Of a DNA stretch of 64,000 nt, positions 38,301 to 50,752 are shown piece after piece. This stretch comes from Paraspadella gotoi (taxonomy: Eukaryota; Animalia; Chaetognatha). Position 1 is the stretch's first letter; each line of letters opens with the position of its first letter. The notes beneath the pieces were generated by a model, which worked only from the letters and a program-made list of their open reading frames with translations, searched no databases and was not told where the DNA came from. The DNA lies in NCBI GenBank assembly GCA_051294375.1, contig CM119267.1, positions 12,657,081 through 12,721,080 on the forward strand, read 5' to 3'. The translations under genes and the position numbers were made by a program.

Positions 38301-38676
38301 TCTTAATAATCCTCTGCAGCCAATGATGCATGGACTCTCTGCCATCCCATTCAACTGTAGATTTCTTGGCTTGCAACGGTATGCCTCTTTGGAGGCATAT
38401 TTAATACAGGTAATCATTTTGGCTTTAATTGAGCATAAGTTCTGTCTGAGATCATCTTTAAAGACCTCACGAGCTGATCGTCCAGCTTTCAGCGGCAGCC
38501 ATTGGAAAAAGGCATCAATCATGTTATTCTGTCTTCAACGCGGCTGAATGTAGCCAACAGCAACAGCTTCTCAAAGAGCTCTATCATTCCATCGAAATCA
38601 TGCGTCTCAGAATCAAACTGTCCACAGGAAGGGACGAAGCTGCTTTCTCACGAATTCGGTAAATAGCCAGGCCCAT
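32360..38676 (-). pseudogene. pol: Gypsy gag-pol (gag, protease, RT, RNase H, integrase), frameshifted
   Basis: Gag fragment WLPLKAGRSAREVFK (38187-38522); RT YM(D)DIL-like at ~35740; RNase H TYDRDF at ~35150; integrase H-C/C region and VFDHVICDLVQL at 34184-34600. The 3' end is approximate. Confidence 0.85.
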
Positions 38677-38779
38677 ATTGAAGGGTTTACATAAAATTAA
38701 TAAGTAAGTGGCAAAAATCAAGGCAACAAGAAACAATCCAAAGAGCACAAAATTTAATGTGTTCTTGAAGGGAAGAGGT

Positions 38780-40450
38780 CACTCAAGCTCTGTCAAACCA
38801 GAGGATGAGTCATACGGGAACATCTGTAATATCGTCACTATGAAAGGAGTGAAGTGTCTTGGGCGGACCCTCAGTAATATGTTTAAGGCAACATCTCATG
38901 AAGGTTAGTTTGCATATTGGGCATTTAAAGCGACACTCTCGATACTTCTTGATGATATAATTATTAGTTATCCAACGAGTTTGGGGCTTGTCAAAGGAAA
39001 GCAGGGCCCAATTTTTGAAGCTAAGCGACTAAAGATATCAGAGTTATTTAGTGTAAAGGATGTTAGATTCCAACTCAGCCTCAGGATGATCAAAAAGAGA
39101 ACACTCGATTCTTGAGACACAAACCTGAGCCAAAGACACACTTTGTATTCAGAAACTTTTGAACGGCAAACAATTAGGTTTCCACTTGTCGAAGAAGAGT
39201 GTTCAGTCACCTGGCTGACACCGATAAATCAATTCGTAGACAGGATATTGGCCAGTTGAAAGTTAATGTCATCGAGATTGACCTCAAATGAAGTAATTTT
39301 GAAAGTTCAGGATAAGAGGGATTGTTTCTCGATAAAATCGATCAATTCTCCCATCTGGTTCGACGCAATTAGCATAATGATCAACCAATCGCACTCTTGA
39401 TTCCACATATCCAAGACCCATGGTATATAAAGTTTACCTTGGTCGTCAATGGTTCCTCTATGTGCGAGGGAATGTATTTAGTCATTTTCTCTAATATTTT
39501 CGTAAATCTAATTTTCGCATTTGAATCGCCTCGTGAAATTTGAGGTATGGTCCGGGGCTTGGTGCTTATTTCTCGATTGACCCCCAAAAAAAAAACCAGC
39601 AAGGGTTTGTAAATCTATCCAAGTCTCTCATCGCTTTCCTAAGAGCATCCAGCCAAATCGGCGTAGATAACTCATTGGGCTTTCTCTTCTTCCTCTTTGG
39701 GCTTTTCTTGCCGTTCTGCCTTTCGTTCTTGATCTTATCTTTTCTTCCCATTTTTATTACATGATCGAGGCAGTGACGACAGTCATCTCGTATTGCAACA
39801 GTGCATGAGGTACAAAATGGTAAAAATATTTGGGCAATGCCACGATTAGTGTTCCCAAAATAACATAAAAATAGCAAAGATTTTTGTGAGAGAGGTTGCA
39901 TATTAAAAACGTTCGCAAATTGAGTAATTTGTAGAAATAAAACGTTGTTTAAAAAAAAAATTTGGATTTTTTTTATAAAATGATTGTAGAAGATATAAAG
40001 TTTGATATGTTGATTAAAAACAGTTCATGTTAAATGACAGCCGGTGTCAGCACTATAGGTTCAGCACTTTCTTGCGTATTCGAAGAGAAAGCGACATTTA
40101 AAAGAACACCAATCGTCCATGGAACTTCCAGACGGATTGTAAAATCCGTTGTCCTGATATCCGCAGGGAGCCAGGCAAGCCTACCCCTTGTCTATGTCAC
40201 TTTGGAAGTGGGTGTGAAATCGATCGGCAAGGCATGTTCCACGAAACTTTGGAGTGAAAAATAATGATATGGCAATGATGGGGTTATTCGGAGCCACCGT
40301 GCTATATGTAGAGGCGGACTTGACAAAGAGCGTTGGGTCGGTGCCACGGAAGAGCATGTGCTGGCCAGCCAACTCTTCCGACTTCTTAAGACAGGGACGT
40401 CCTGTTGCGTCCTGTAGTTGCAAGTTATCCAGATAATACCACGCCGACAA
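38780..40450 (-). pseudogene. Gypsy extra ORF(s) upstream of gag (ORF0)
   Basis: 38780-39440 is homologous to the open 198-aa ORF at 51279-51875. Further fragments lie at 39566-39901 (CTSC...CRHC and a basic stretch) and 40181-40450. Confidence 0.6.
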
Positions 40451-40805
40451 CTGTTACTGGCAATCGCAGAGGCCTGCCGTCTCTACGTCGAAGCGGTTTG
40501 GACTGCGCGAAGGACCCAAAAAGGCCAAACAAGTCTCAGCGCCAGCAGATCTGCTCCCAGGACCAAGGCTCGATCGAAATCACGGAGAAAATTGAATTGA
40601 GTTAGAAAGAACAATAACTTCACAGTCTGCTGAACACAAGGCTATCAAAACCAGCAGGACTGCTGATGGAAAAACAGTCTCCAATCCACATGCCTCAGAG
40701 TTGACCCGAAAGTCCTATGGGTAACGGAAGCACGCTATCCAGAGAAAAGTAAGCTGTCTGTGCAACTGTCGACGGTGCATGGTTACTCCACAAAGAGTGG
40801 ATATA

Positions 40806-40818
40806 GGACGATGCACCA
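40806..40818 (-). promoter_or_regulatory. Gypsy PBS, tRNA-Gly-like
   Basis: TGGTGCATCGTCC two nt after the 5' LTR; resembles the complement of the tRNA-Gly 3' end (...GGCCGATGCACCA) with one mismatch. Confidence 0.7.
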
Positions 40819-40820
40819 CT

Positions 40821-41234
40821 AGTTGGAGGAGATCTTTATGTGGATCGCCGCGGTACCGGAGCGCCTTCCCGTTCTCACGCGAGGTGGTCACGTCAAGGGG
40901 GGAGCTGGGAACGCATCGCGATCTTCCAACGGCGCCCACAATCAGGGCTGCAATGCGGCCGTGTGTCGACCAGATGCTAAAGTCTTACTTGATGGATCTG
41001 AGAGAGTACAGAGGCACACAATATGAATGAGGGCAGACGGCGACCAAGAACGTATATTTCTGGACACATATCAATTTTTAATATCACGATACTCTTTTCA
41101 CTAAAAGGAAACAGATTAATAAAGCTAAGTAATTGACAATCAATAAAGATTATTTTATTAACTGAAATGAGTTATAAATGTTCGTAGTTTCCGATCGAGT
41201 CATCGGCGGTCACGCGAGATCACGTCTTCCAACA
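40821..41234 (-). repeat. Gypsy 5' LTR
   Basis: Direct repeat of 28631-29010; one terminal base differs (AGTTGG). Confidence 0.9.
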
Positions 41235-41238
41235 ATCG

Positions 41239-43281
41239 TTCGCGCAGAGTCACTTTTCAGCGCCAAACGCCCGTCGGCGTCGCATGTTTTCCTTAGGCGA
41301 ATGTCTTTCGGCCATTGAAACCTTACTCAACGCACAAATCAGGTGCTAGAAAGCAGAGAGAGGAGAAGAGAGACGTCGTGAGAAAGAACAGATGATTAGG
41401 ATTCTCAATGAACAGAATCAAGAAAGAGAACGAATGACACAGTATTTTCTTGAACAAGAAAGAGAGAGACAACGGATGGCGACGACTCTTAATCAGGTGG
41501 CCACGGCGGTAGAGAGGATCACCCTCAATTCGGCAGGACAACCGCCACCGCCGCCACCAGGGCCTCACCGCCGTACATCGGCGTTTGATGCACCCCCTAC
41601 AGAATCAATGCCTCTTAGACAAAGTGCGGAGCCGCCGCCGGCAATGTCCGACCCANNNNNNNNNNNNNNNNNNNNNNNNNGGGGGAAGGGTCTAGTGAAA
41701 GCAGGTACGGCTCAGGATTTTCTCCCCAACCTCCCGTTACACTGGCGACTCAAACCTATGGCTAATCCTCAGTTTGAAAGATATCTATTTTCCGCAATCG
41801 GCTGAATCTACGATTCGGATGTTGAAAAAGACTCCGCCCAGAGGAGGTCTTCATGAGTGCAGGATTCAAAAAAAAAGTGGGTGTTCGAGATCACATGCAA
41901 CAATGGGAATCGGTGATGTCACAACCTGCGCGTTACCGACCAAATGCGGCATCAAGAATTACGCTTTTGGTTTGGAGCGCTTGCAAGGTTAAGTTACAGA
42001 AATATTTTCACCGTCGTGATTATGCCGCTGCCGGTCTCGAAGCGATAGAAATGTTACGACGAGAGTGTCGGTTCGCCGGACGCTTCACCTTCTGAAATGC
42101 TGCGAGATTGTCTTGCTGGAGGTAAAGTGACGGAAGCTACTGATATTGACGAGACAATTACCCGGTTGGAGAACATTGTAGGGATAGCAGAGGCAAAAGG
42201 TCGTATTCGTGATTTGAACAGGGATACGGTAATTGCCGAGATCCTAGAAACAAAATTTCCTCAGTGGAAAGAAAAATTTGCAGAGGAGAACTCGCAATGT
42301 TTGTATCTGACCAACCGAAAAAGAACAATCTATGAATTTATTCAATTTTTAAAAATACACCTTTTAGCGGTTAAGTCCGTTTATCATAAAAAAAAGAAAA
42401 CGTCAACGGCCTCGGTAGCGGCGGTGATAGCATTGAATGCTCCCCCCGCGATGCAAAACGGTGGGGGCCCATCCGGAATTCCAGGTGGAGATCAATCTAA
42501 CGAATCATTTGACTCCTTGGACGATACCGACCCAACACAGCCACCCCCAAAACCGAGAAGACGAAGACGACGACGGAGCAAGGAACAAGTGCCGAGATCG
42601 GCCTTGCCGGCACCGACAGTGGATACTGGTTGCGGCTATGTCGCAGCACAGCAAGCAACACCGCAGGCGAATCCTATGTTGCCACAATCTGTTCAGTCGA
42701 CGCAGATTGTCGGGCGACCACAGACACAAGCCATTGCACCAACAATGAATCCAGGCGCCCCAATGTACGCATCAACGCCGGTCCGGCCTGCAACGCCGCA
42801 TTGTCACTTCTGCGGCCAAGCTCACATGGTTTGGGAATGTGCCGGATACTTAGCGCTTGGAATCCAGGCAAGAGCTGATCTTATTCTAGGCAGAAGGATT
42901 TGTTTTAAATGTTTGAATGGTAACCACTTAGCGAGTAAATGTAGGTTTGGAGTTTTGTGCTCTTTATGTAGAGGTAACCATCACCAGACCTTACATGGGA
43001 TGGCGCCAGTGCGTCGATCCAACCCCCCGATAACAAATGCACAATATCAGCCAACAACGACATATGTACAACCCCCATCTTATGCCACTCCCGCTTTCAC
43101 CCCACCCACTGTCCCTTCTTACTCCCCTGCGTCAATGCCCCAGCCCCTCTATCAGGCGCCAACGGCGGCCAACAACACATCGACGGTGAATAGCGGAATA
43201 CCGGATCTGAATCAGACAATTCCTATGAGTTTAGCGTCCGNNNNNNNNNNNNNNNNNNNNNNNNGTACGGCGTCAAGTTGA
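41239..43281 (+). CDS. gag: BEL gag, central and C-terminal parts (frameshifts and gaps)
   Basis: ORFs 41392-41805, 41853-42095 and 42097-43281. Triple zinc knuckle CHFCGQAHMVWEC, CFKCLNGNHLASKC, CSLCRGNHHQTLH is diagnostic of BEL/Pao. Confidence 0.88.
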
Positions 43282-43326
43282 CTGGCGGTTGCGTCCGCCC
43301 CAGGCGAGTCGACCTTTCGTCCAGTT

Positions 43327-45853
43327 GTGCCGGTTGTCGTAGAAACGGGCGGACGCAAGCGCACAACTTACGCCATGATAGACTCAGGATGTAATCGATG
43401 TGTTTTGAAACAAAATATCGCTGACGAATTAAAATTAGACGTTAATGCGCATTCCCATGAGAATCAGGACCCTCGATTGCGACCAGACGATGCATCGAGA
43501 AGTGACCGATTTCAATGTGGAACCACTCGATGGAACTTTCTCAATTTCTGTACGCCGCGCAATAGTGGGAAAACTGCTGACGTCGGAGGATGACCTCCCC
43601 CCTTCCAATGAAGATGTGGCCGGAAAACCACACCTAGAAGGGGTTTCCTTTCCCAACCTCCCAGACAAGGAGGTTGGACTGCTCCTCCCAGCAGGGTTCG
43701 CTTATACCTGGATAGGCGGCGAAGTTCGACGTGGCCCCGCAGATCAGCCAATTGCATTAATGACCGATTTTGGCTGGACGCTTGTTGGACCGCGGCCCGG
43801 TATGAGCAGCAATGATATACATTGTGCCCGCATAACAGCGGAATATGTCGAAGAAGATGAGAAGAAAATCCAAGAAGACATTCGACGTCTGTTTCATCGC
43901 GATTTCGTCCCGGCGCCTAGTGCTAAGAAGCTGGCGTCGGTTGAAGACGAATACGCGGTAAAACAACTTGAAGACACAATACGATTTGACGAGAAAGAAG
44001 GTCATTATTTTGTCGGTTTACCCTGGATGAGAGGTAGGGAAAAGGCGGCAGAAATATTGAATAGTAGAGATTCTGCCACAATGGCATTAAACCGGTTACA
44101 ATCTCTTATGCGAAAACTCAATAGATATCCCGCTGATAAAAAAAGGGTAAATGAAGAAATGAAAAAATTCGTCGAAGAAGGTCATGCTCGTAGAGTTGAC
44201 ACCGACGATGTCCCACCCGGTAAACCAATCTGGAACCTTCCCGTCCACGTTGTCGTACGACGAGACAAAGACAAAGTACGAATTTGCCACGACGCACGTG
44301 CCAACGTGAGAGGTAAATGTTTAAATGACGAATTACTCACTGGACCCGACTACATGACGAATATGCTGGGCGTTATGCTCCGATTTCGTCGTCATAGGGT
44401 GGCACTGGCCGCGGATATCCGCGGCTTCTTCCATCAAGTATTTGTCGATGAAAATGATATTCATTGCTTTCGTTATTGGTGGTTCGAGGATGATACTTGT
44501 ACCAAACCTGTTCTCTTCGAACTTAGAGTGCACATTTTTGGCGCAAAGAGTTCACCGTTGGTCGCAAATTACACCCTCAAGACNNNNNNNNNNACGTTGG
44601 AAGGGAAGCTTCCAATGGAAGTCGTCGAAGCCATTATCCGACAGTTCTATGTCGATGATTTCCTCGGTTCTACCCCAAATGAGGAAACTGCGCGTGAGTT
44701 GAAGAAGGGCCTCGTCGAAGCCCTCCGCCTTGGCGGCTTTGAGTTGACAAAATGGAAATGTTCAGTTCCCGATGTCCTGGAAGATGAACCGGACAAATCA
44801 GCAGATCTAAAAAAGACCTTTACAGATGGGAATGACGACGACACCAAAGATGAGCGCCCAAGAGATAAAGTATTGGGTGTTGCTTTCTCATTTTTTGATG
44901 ATTATTTTTCCCCTTGTGTTAACCAGGATAAAGTCATGAAACGTTGTATCACTAAAAGACAAATTCTATCCCTAACAGCCAGCTTGTACGACCCATTGGG
45001 AATCGTCTCACCATTTACATTGAAAGGACGTAATTACTTTCAACGCGCGAATGAAGCGACAACGGACTGGGATTCACCTCTTCCGGATGACCTCGTACAG
45101 GACTTCAACACCTGGCGAATACAGATGCCAGAACTGGAGTCCATCAAGCTGCCGCGATGGATCGCCACAAGAGAAACAACAGAAGATCCCGCGGAACTGC
45201 ATGTATTTTCTGATGCCAGCCATGATGGCTATGGTGTAGTAGTGTATCGCAGAACTGTACCACAAAATCAAGGGAAATCTCATGTTGCATTTATTATGTC
45301 TAGGTCCCGAGTAACGCCCGTTGATTCCTCCAAAGCATCTCATCACAATTCAATCCCGAGACTGGAGTTGACAGCGGCATGCCTCGGTGCGGAAATCCGA
45401 CATACGGTGGTTGAAGAGATGACCAACGATCATTACGAAAAGGTAGTTATGTGGACTGATTCAGAGACTGTTTTGAAACAAATTTTTGATCGTAAATCTA
45501 AATTTGCAGCTTTTTTCAAAAACCGCTTGTCTCGAATCAGGGAATTAACCGATGTGGCAGAATGGCGCTACGTTGCCACAGATGACAACCCTGCAGATGA
45601 CTGTAGCCGCGGATTACCGTCTGGCGATCCAAAATGGCGACGCTTCCACCAAGGCCCCGAATTTTTGTGGCGCCCGGAAGAAGAGTGGCCCGAACAAAAA
45701 TATCTCCAAAGCCATTCCCCGCGGATATCCTCGCGATGGAATATAAAGATGCCGAATCGTCCAAAGGAAAACGTACAAAAGATTCGGACATTGAACACTG
45801 GTCGCTGCGAATCGCGCGGCAGTGCTCAAACTCCCACAAAAAACTTCGTCTGA
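43327..45853 (+). CDS. pol: BEL pol: aspartic protease, reverse transcriptase, RNase H
   Basis: YAMIDSGC protease motif (frameshift near 43450); KVRICHDA, FGAKSSP, FYVDDF (RT); HVFSDAS, SIPRLEL, WTDS, NPAD (Pao RNase H). Confidence 0.95.
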
Positions 45854-47331
45854 TCGCGACGATAAAATCCGTGATCATGAATTGGATAGAGTGGAGGAAA
45901 GCATTGCGCCATGACGTAGATGCTAAACCAAAAAAGATGAAATGGTTAAACCTAAACGACTTAAAAAACGCTGAACTCATCCAATGTCGAGCGTTGCAAA
46001 AGCGCTATTTTTCGGATGAGTACCGCCAACTTTGGGATAAAGAAGTTCGATCCCCAGATGCGCGGGCAGAGCTGACGCAGACGAGATCCCCGCTGCGTCA
46101 ACTCAACCCCTTCCTAGATTCATCAGACGTTATTCGAATAGGCGGTCGAATCGGAAAAGCGGACTTGGACTACGAGACCCGACATCCGATCGCGCTACCA
46201 AAAAACGATCAAATTGTCCGCGATTATATTCGGCATGTACATGAAAAGGAAGCGCACGCAGGCGTAGAGCACACCCTCGCAAATATCCGACGCCGATTTC
46301 ATATACCTTCAGCGCGTCAGGTTGTGAGATCCGTCATAAAGCGTTGTGTTAGTTGTCAGAAAAATTTTCGCGCGCCAGCCACCCAAAAGATGAGTGATCT
46401 TCCCGAGGATCGACTCACTATCGGAGTTCCTTTTGGAGTGACAGGCGTGGACATTTTTGGCCCCTTCAATGTCGTCCACGGAGGTAGAGGCAGCACCAAA
46501 CGATGGGTGGCCTTATATACGTGTTTTAAATCCAGAGCTGTCCATCTTGAGGTTTTGCATGACCTATCCTCTTCCTCATTTATTAATTCAATAATCCGGT
46601 TCAATTCCCGCCGTCCCGGAACGAAAAAATTTTATAGCGACAATGGGACGAACTTACGTGGAGCGGATACGGAATTGAAAGCGGCAGTAGGAAGATGGAG
46701 GGAAGAACAGGTTCATAAGAAAATGGTTGAATATGGGGTCGAATGGGTTTTTGGTCCTCCCCACGCCCCGCAATGGGGCGGAGTATGGGAGAGACTCGTA
46801 CAATCTACAAAAAAACATTTAACCGCAATTCTGAAAAAAGATAAATTACAACTTGAAGTTTTGACCACAGCTTTAGCTTCCGTTGAAAGCATACTTAACC
46901 GCCGTCCGTTAACACGAATTGGCGAAGACCCACGTGACATGGAAGCTCTGACGCCAGCCACAATCCTCTACCCGAGTGTCTATGCCCCTTCGAGAGCAAT
47001 AATCGTGCCCCCAGAATCCGTCGATGGCGATGCCCTAAGGAGCACGTGGAAACAGGCAAGACGTTTGAGCGAAGAGTTTTGGGATCGATGGAAACATGAA
47101 TATGTGGTTACCCTTCAACAGCGCCAAAAATGGCAAACTACACAGGAGAACTTAAAAGAAAATCAACTGGTTTTAATGGTAGATGAATTAAAATCACGCG
47201 ACCAATGGAGATTGGCGCAGATCATTGATGCCGGCGACGGCACGCACGTGAGGCGTGTGCGTGTGCGTACAGCGGACGACAAAATTTTTGAACGCGATCG
47301 TAATAAACTTGTGCCACTTGAATGTGATTAA
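45634..47331 (+). CDS. pol: BEL integrase (continues pol after a frameshift near 45720)
   Basis: HEKEAHAG...CVSC zinc finger; GVDIFGP, SDNGTN, GGVWERLV DDE core; FWDRWKHEY C-terminal motif. Confidence 0.95.
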   Translation: MATLPPRPRIFVAPGRRVARTKISPKPFPADILAMEYKDAESSKGKRTKDSDIEHWSLRIARQCSNSHKKLRLIATIKSVIMNWIEWRKALRHDVDAKPKKMKWLNLNDLKNAELIQCRALQKRYFSDEYRQLWDKEVRSPDARAELTQTRSPLRQLNPFLDSSDVIRIGGRIGKADLDYETRHPIALPKNDQIVRDYIRHVHEKEAHAGVEHTLANIRRRFHIPSARQVVRSVIKRCVSCQKNFRAPATQKMSDLPEDRLTIGVPFGVTGVDIFGPFNVVHGGRGSTKRWVALYTCFKSRAVHLEVLHDLSSSSFINSIIRFNSRRPGTKKFYSDNGTNLRGADTELKAAVGRWREEQVHKKMVEYGVEWVFGPPHAPQWGGVWERLVQSTKKHLTAILKKDKLQLEVLTTALASVESILNRRPLTRIGEDPRDMEALTPATILYPSVYAPSRAIIVPPESVDGDALRSTWKQARRLSEEFWDRWKHEYVVTLQQRQKWQTTQENLKENQLVLMVDELKSRDQWRLAQIIDAGDGTHVRRVRVRTADDKIFERDRNKLVPLECD

Positions 47332-47641
47332 CCATATATCTGGACTTTACTATAGAACTATTATTTGTACATTTCGTAAAGATATATATACCCCCTTTAC
47401 CTTTTTTTAATAACTCGAACTCGAATTATGAAAACTGGTCTCCAGCTTATCATTATTTTTATTTTTATCTATTTATTTTTTTTTTTTTTTCTTTTTTTTT
47501 TTTCTCTTCTCGTTGTTGTAAACTCACTGCAATGAAATAAATATTTGCTTGCTTTAATGCCAATCTCTGGATTTCCAAAGAAATAGTTATTAAATTTTTT
47601 TTTATGTTTACTTAATCCAGAGTTTCTTTGCTGATAACAAA

Positions 47642-49736
47642 ATGGCTCATTTTCCAAACTCTCATGCCTTTCAATTGAATATGCCGGGAACTGGAACTAC
47701 AGTAGTCACGTTCCATCCGATGGCTATCGGTCCGGCATCCGCATGGATAGCCTATGGTAGGCGACGCAATGCATTATCCGTCTACACGATTCTTGAGTCG
47801 ATGAGTTCCGACTCTATGATACGTGAACTTCGCTCTTGGGCAGAGGCCGGAGATTTGACCGCCCTGTTCCCCCCCCCTGGAACGGCCAATATCATCTGGG
47901 ACCTTCACACAGCAACAAGACGACCCGTTAGTATCGTCGCTCGGGCCGAATGGCCAAACGGAAGACCGATTAACCCCGGACCGGACTCAGTTGTAACCAC
48001 ATTACAAAGTGGCATTTATGTCAACCTAGAGGAAGCCCGACATCGTCTTTCCTCTATTCTCAATCAAAGAGACAGGCCCGCACGCCGATCCCTGAGTGTT
48101 GAGCGACCCGCTCCACCCAGATCTGCATCATTACGTCCCCCTCCACGTACATCAACCCTTCCTCCTCCCCCTCTGATGCCGCCGGTTCAACCGGCGTTGA
48201 ATCCAGAGGGAAGGGTGGAGGCAACTCCAGAAAACGTCGAAACCAAATCTAAGCAGAAGCGCACTGGCAGACGACTTGAGAGAAGCCAATTAAGGATGCA
48301 AAAATTCTTGCTAAAGGTGAAGCCAACGGAAACCGAGTCGGCCCCAGTCCCAACTAAAAGTTATCCTTCATCGACGAATCCTCAACCAGCACCCACGGAC
48401 CAAAACCCAAAAGATCCCTTCAATTTACATCTTATTGCAACCCCCACACTCGAGTCTGGATGTTCCGACTCTTCTGACGCTCTTGTTTACCACCCCATTT
48501 CAACCAAAAGCTGGTCCGACCAAGTCGAGGAGGTAGACCGAGAGAACCGAAGAAGGAAAAGAGATACAGAGATCGAGCACGATCTCTCGACCGGTGTCTT
48601 GGGTCACATACCAATGCACACGCCGGAAGCTACGTCGACGCCAATACTTGTCCCGACTACATCCACGGAATCTGGAGATCAGAGGTTTTTTCGTAACATG
48701 ATGAATGATAATAAGAAGAATAAATTGGTTAAAAATTAACTATTAATTATAAAATGATTTATTTTGTCTTTCATTTCTTTACCTTTTCCTCTTGATGTAA
48801 TCTTTTTTTATTTTTACTCTTTACATCAGGCGTGTTACCTTCAGAACCCCCACCAACGAAACGGAGCCCGTCATCTCCGTATCCCTTCGCGAAGTTCCAG
48901 AGGGATGGCTGGAAAACACCATCAACGAGAGGCGAAAGCGCGACTTTACATCGGAATCCGACTCTGGAGCGGAAAACGTCACTCCCGTCCAATCGCAACC
49001 GCCCCAGCCAGCTGCCTCCAAAGAACCCATTCAATGGGGCTTGCCACCAGCAGAGAGAAAGGAAGCCCTGGACAAATACAACAAGGAACAGGAGAGCCGC
49101 TTCAAGTCGGGCAGAATGACAAAGAAAGATAAAGAAAGGTGGCAAAACTACAAAATATGGGACAAAGAAAATGAAGCCACCACCTTCAAACGTCCACAGC
49201 CCCTTCCCCCCCGTAAGAAGAAAATGTCCCTTCCTTCACACCGCGGACGTCCGCAGTCTACTCCCTCTACTATTGATAACGACGGATTCCGTTGTCGAGA
49301 TGTAAGAGAGGAGTATAGAGCTACCGCCATTAAATTTACTGAATCTTCGACCCTTCAAGAGGCGGAACCCCAATTCGACGAGTCTGCGACCGCGGTTAGT
49401 GAGGATACGGTCACCCCTCCCCCCAACGTCGAGGTTGTCCCGACGGAAACCCCCGATGTCCTTTTTCCCTCTACTGTCTCGTCCCTCAATTCCTCGTTCA
49501 CCACTTCAGCTTCAACGACGAATTTTGCAGAGACCGCGACGGAGGCAACGATTCAGTCCTCCGCCAATGATTCTTTCAGTTCCGCTTGTTCAACATGCCT
49601 TCATCCGCCATACGAGATGCCCAGATTGGAGAGGATTGCGTCGCTCCCCCTCATGCACATTACTCCGGAATGCGAACGCGCTTTACTCGGCGAGGATGAG
49701 GACGAGCGAATGGACGACGACAGCGACGATCTATAA
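47642..49736 (+). CDS. BEL post-integrase accessory gene, predicted two exons (47642-48684, 48830-49736; 649 aa), unknown function
   Basis: A 365-aa ORF and a frame open from 48831 to 49736 are separated by an AT-rich segment that starts AG|GTTTTT and ends in a polypyrimidine tract plus CAG. Splicing joins them in frame. Confidence 0.65.
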
Positions 49737-50734
49737 GATAGCGTCACAGTCTAGTGAACTGTAACAGCGTGACGCTCCTTCAGACCCGGAAAATGTTAAA
49801 GGACTTGATTTTTGAAAATGGACTTGTTCTTATGCGTGAATTTTCTCGACGACTTTACAAGCTACGGAGTTCCGCTATGGTCGGAACTCCGACCTTCCGG
49901 ACTTTCCAGGAATACCGGCGTCGCTTGTAAAGCAGGTATTATTCTTGGTTTCTGTAATAAGTTAATAAGATATAATTTGGTGACATTTTATTCAAAATGT
50001 AAAATAACGTCTATTGAATTCATGGTAATTTCGTGGCATTACGTTTCGTCATAAATTTTTTCCCTTTTTTTCTTTCCTTCCTTTAGTTTAAATTTTAGTT
50101 ACATTTCACTTTCGAATTTTGTTTAAATTTGCCATTTACGTAACGGAATTCCGACGTTTGTTTTTTAAATTTAGTCACGTTTCATAATTTGGTAAAAAAA
50201 AAAAAAAAAAAAATTCTTTTTTTTATTACGGATTTCCGTTAAAACTGTTTAATTTTTTGGCGTTTACGTAACGGTTGTCCGACGTTTTATTGTTACAAGA
50301 ATTAAGTATATGTTACACTGATAAAACGTTGCTTTGTAGAATTAAGTTTAGTTTCAAAGACGTACATTATTTCGTAGGATTTTCATTCACACATGTTCCT
50401 TTTTTTTTCTCTCTCTTTGATCATGTAACAAAGTAAGAATTGAAATTGAAATCATGATTATTAATTGTTACGATAGAGAAACATAGGTTTTTTTTTTTTT
50501 TTTTTTACGTCATGTCATTACGTTTAAAGACGGGCTAAAAAGAAAATTATAATTAGACTTATTTCATTTTTCTTTTCATTCTCTTTTCTCTCTCCTTTTT
50601 TTTTTTACTTTTTTTCTTTCCCCTCTCCTGCTTTATTCTCGTCATATCTTCTTCTCCTTTTCTTTTCTATTTCACCTTTACCTTTCTCTACTCACCTTCC
50701 TCTGATAGAGGGCAAATATGGCCGTTTTCCCTCC

Positions 50735-50752
50735 GGGAAATCGGAGTGGGGG
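50735..50752 (+). promoter_or_regulatory. BEL polypurine tract
   Basis: GGGAAATCGGAGTGGGGG immediately before the 3' LTR TG. Confidence 0.8.

Larger units (their letters stand above)
28631..41234 (-). mobile_element. Full-length Ty3/Gypsy LTR retrotransposon (12.6 kb), heavily frameshifted in this assembly
   Basis: LTRs at 28631-29010 and 40821-41234 (TGTTGG...CCAACA), TSD ATCG at 28627-28630 and 41235-41238, PBS and PPT on the minus strand; gag/PR/RT/RH collinear with the plus copy at 51254-57990. Confidence 0.92.

Noticed and set aside
28631-41234. Great age inferred from many frameshifts and LTR differences
   Set aside because: The indel pattern looks like uncorrected long-read error, so age cannot be inferred.
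47642-49736. env gene
   Set aside because: No signal peptide, transmembrane segment or Cys-rich ectodomain is visible.
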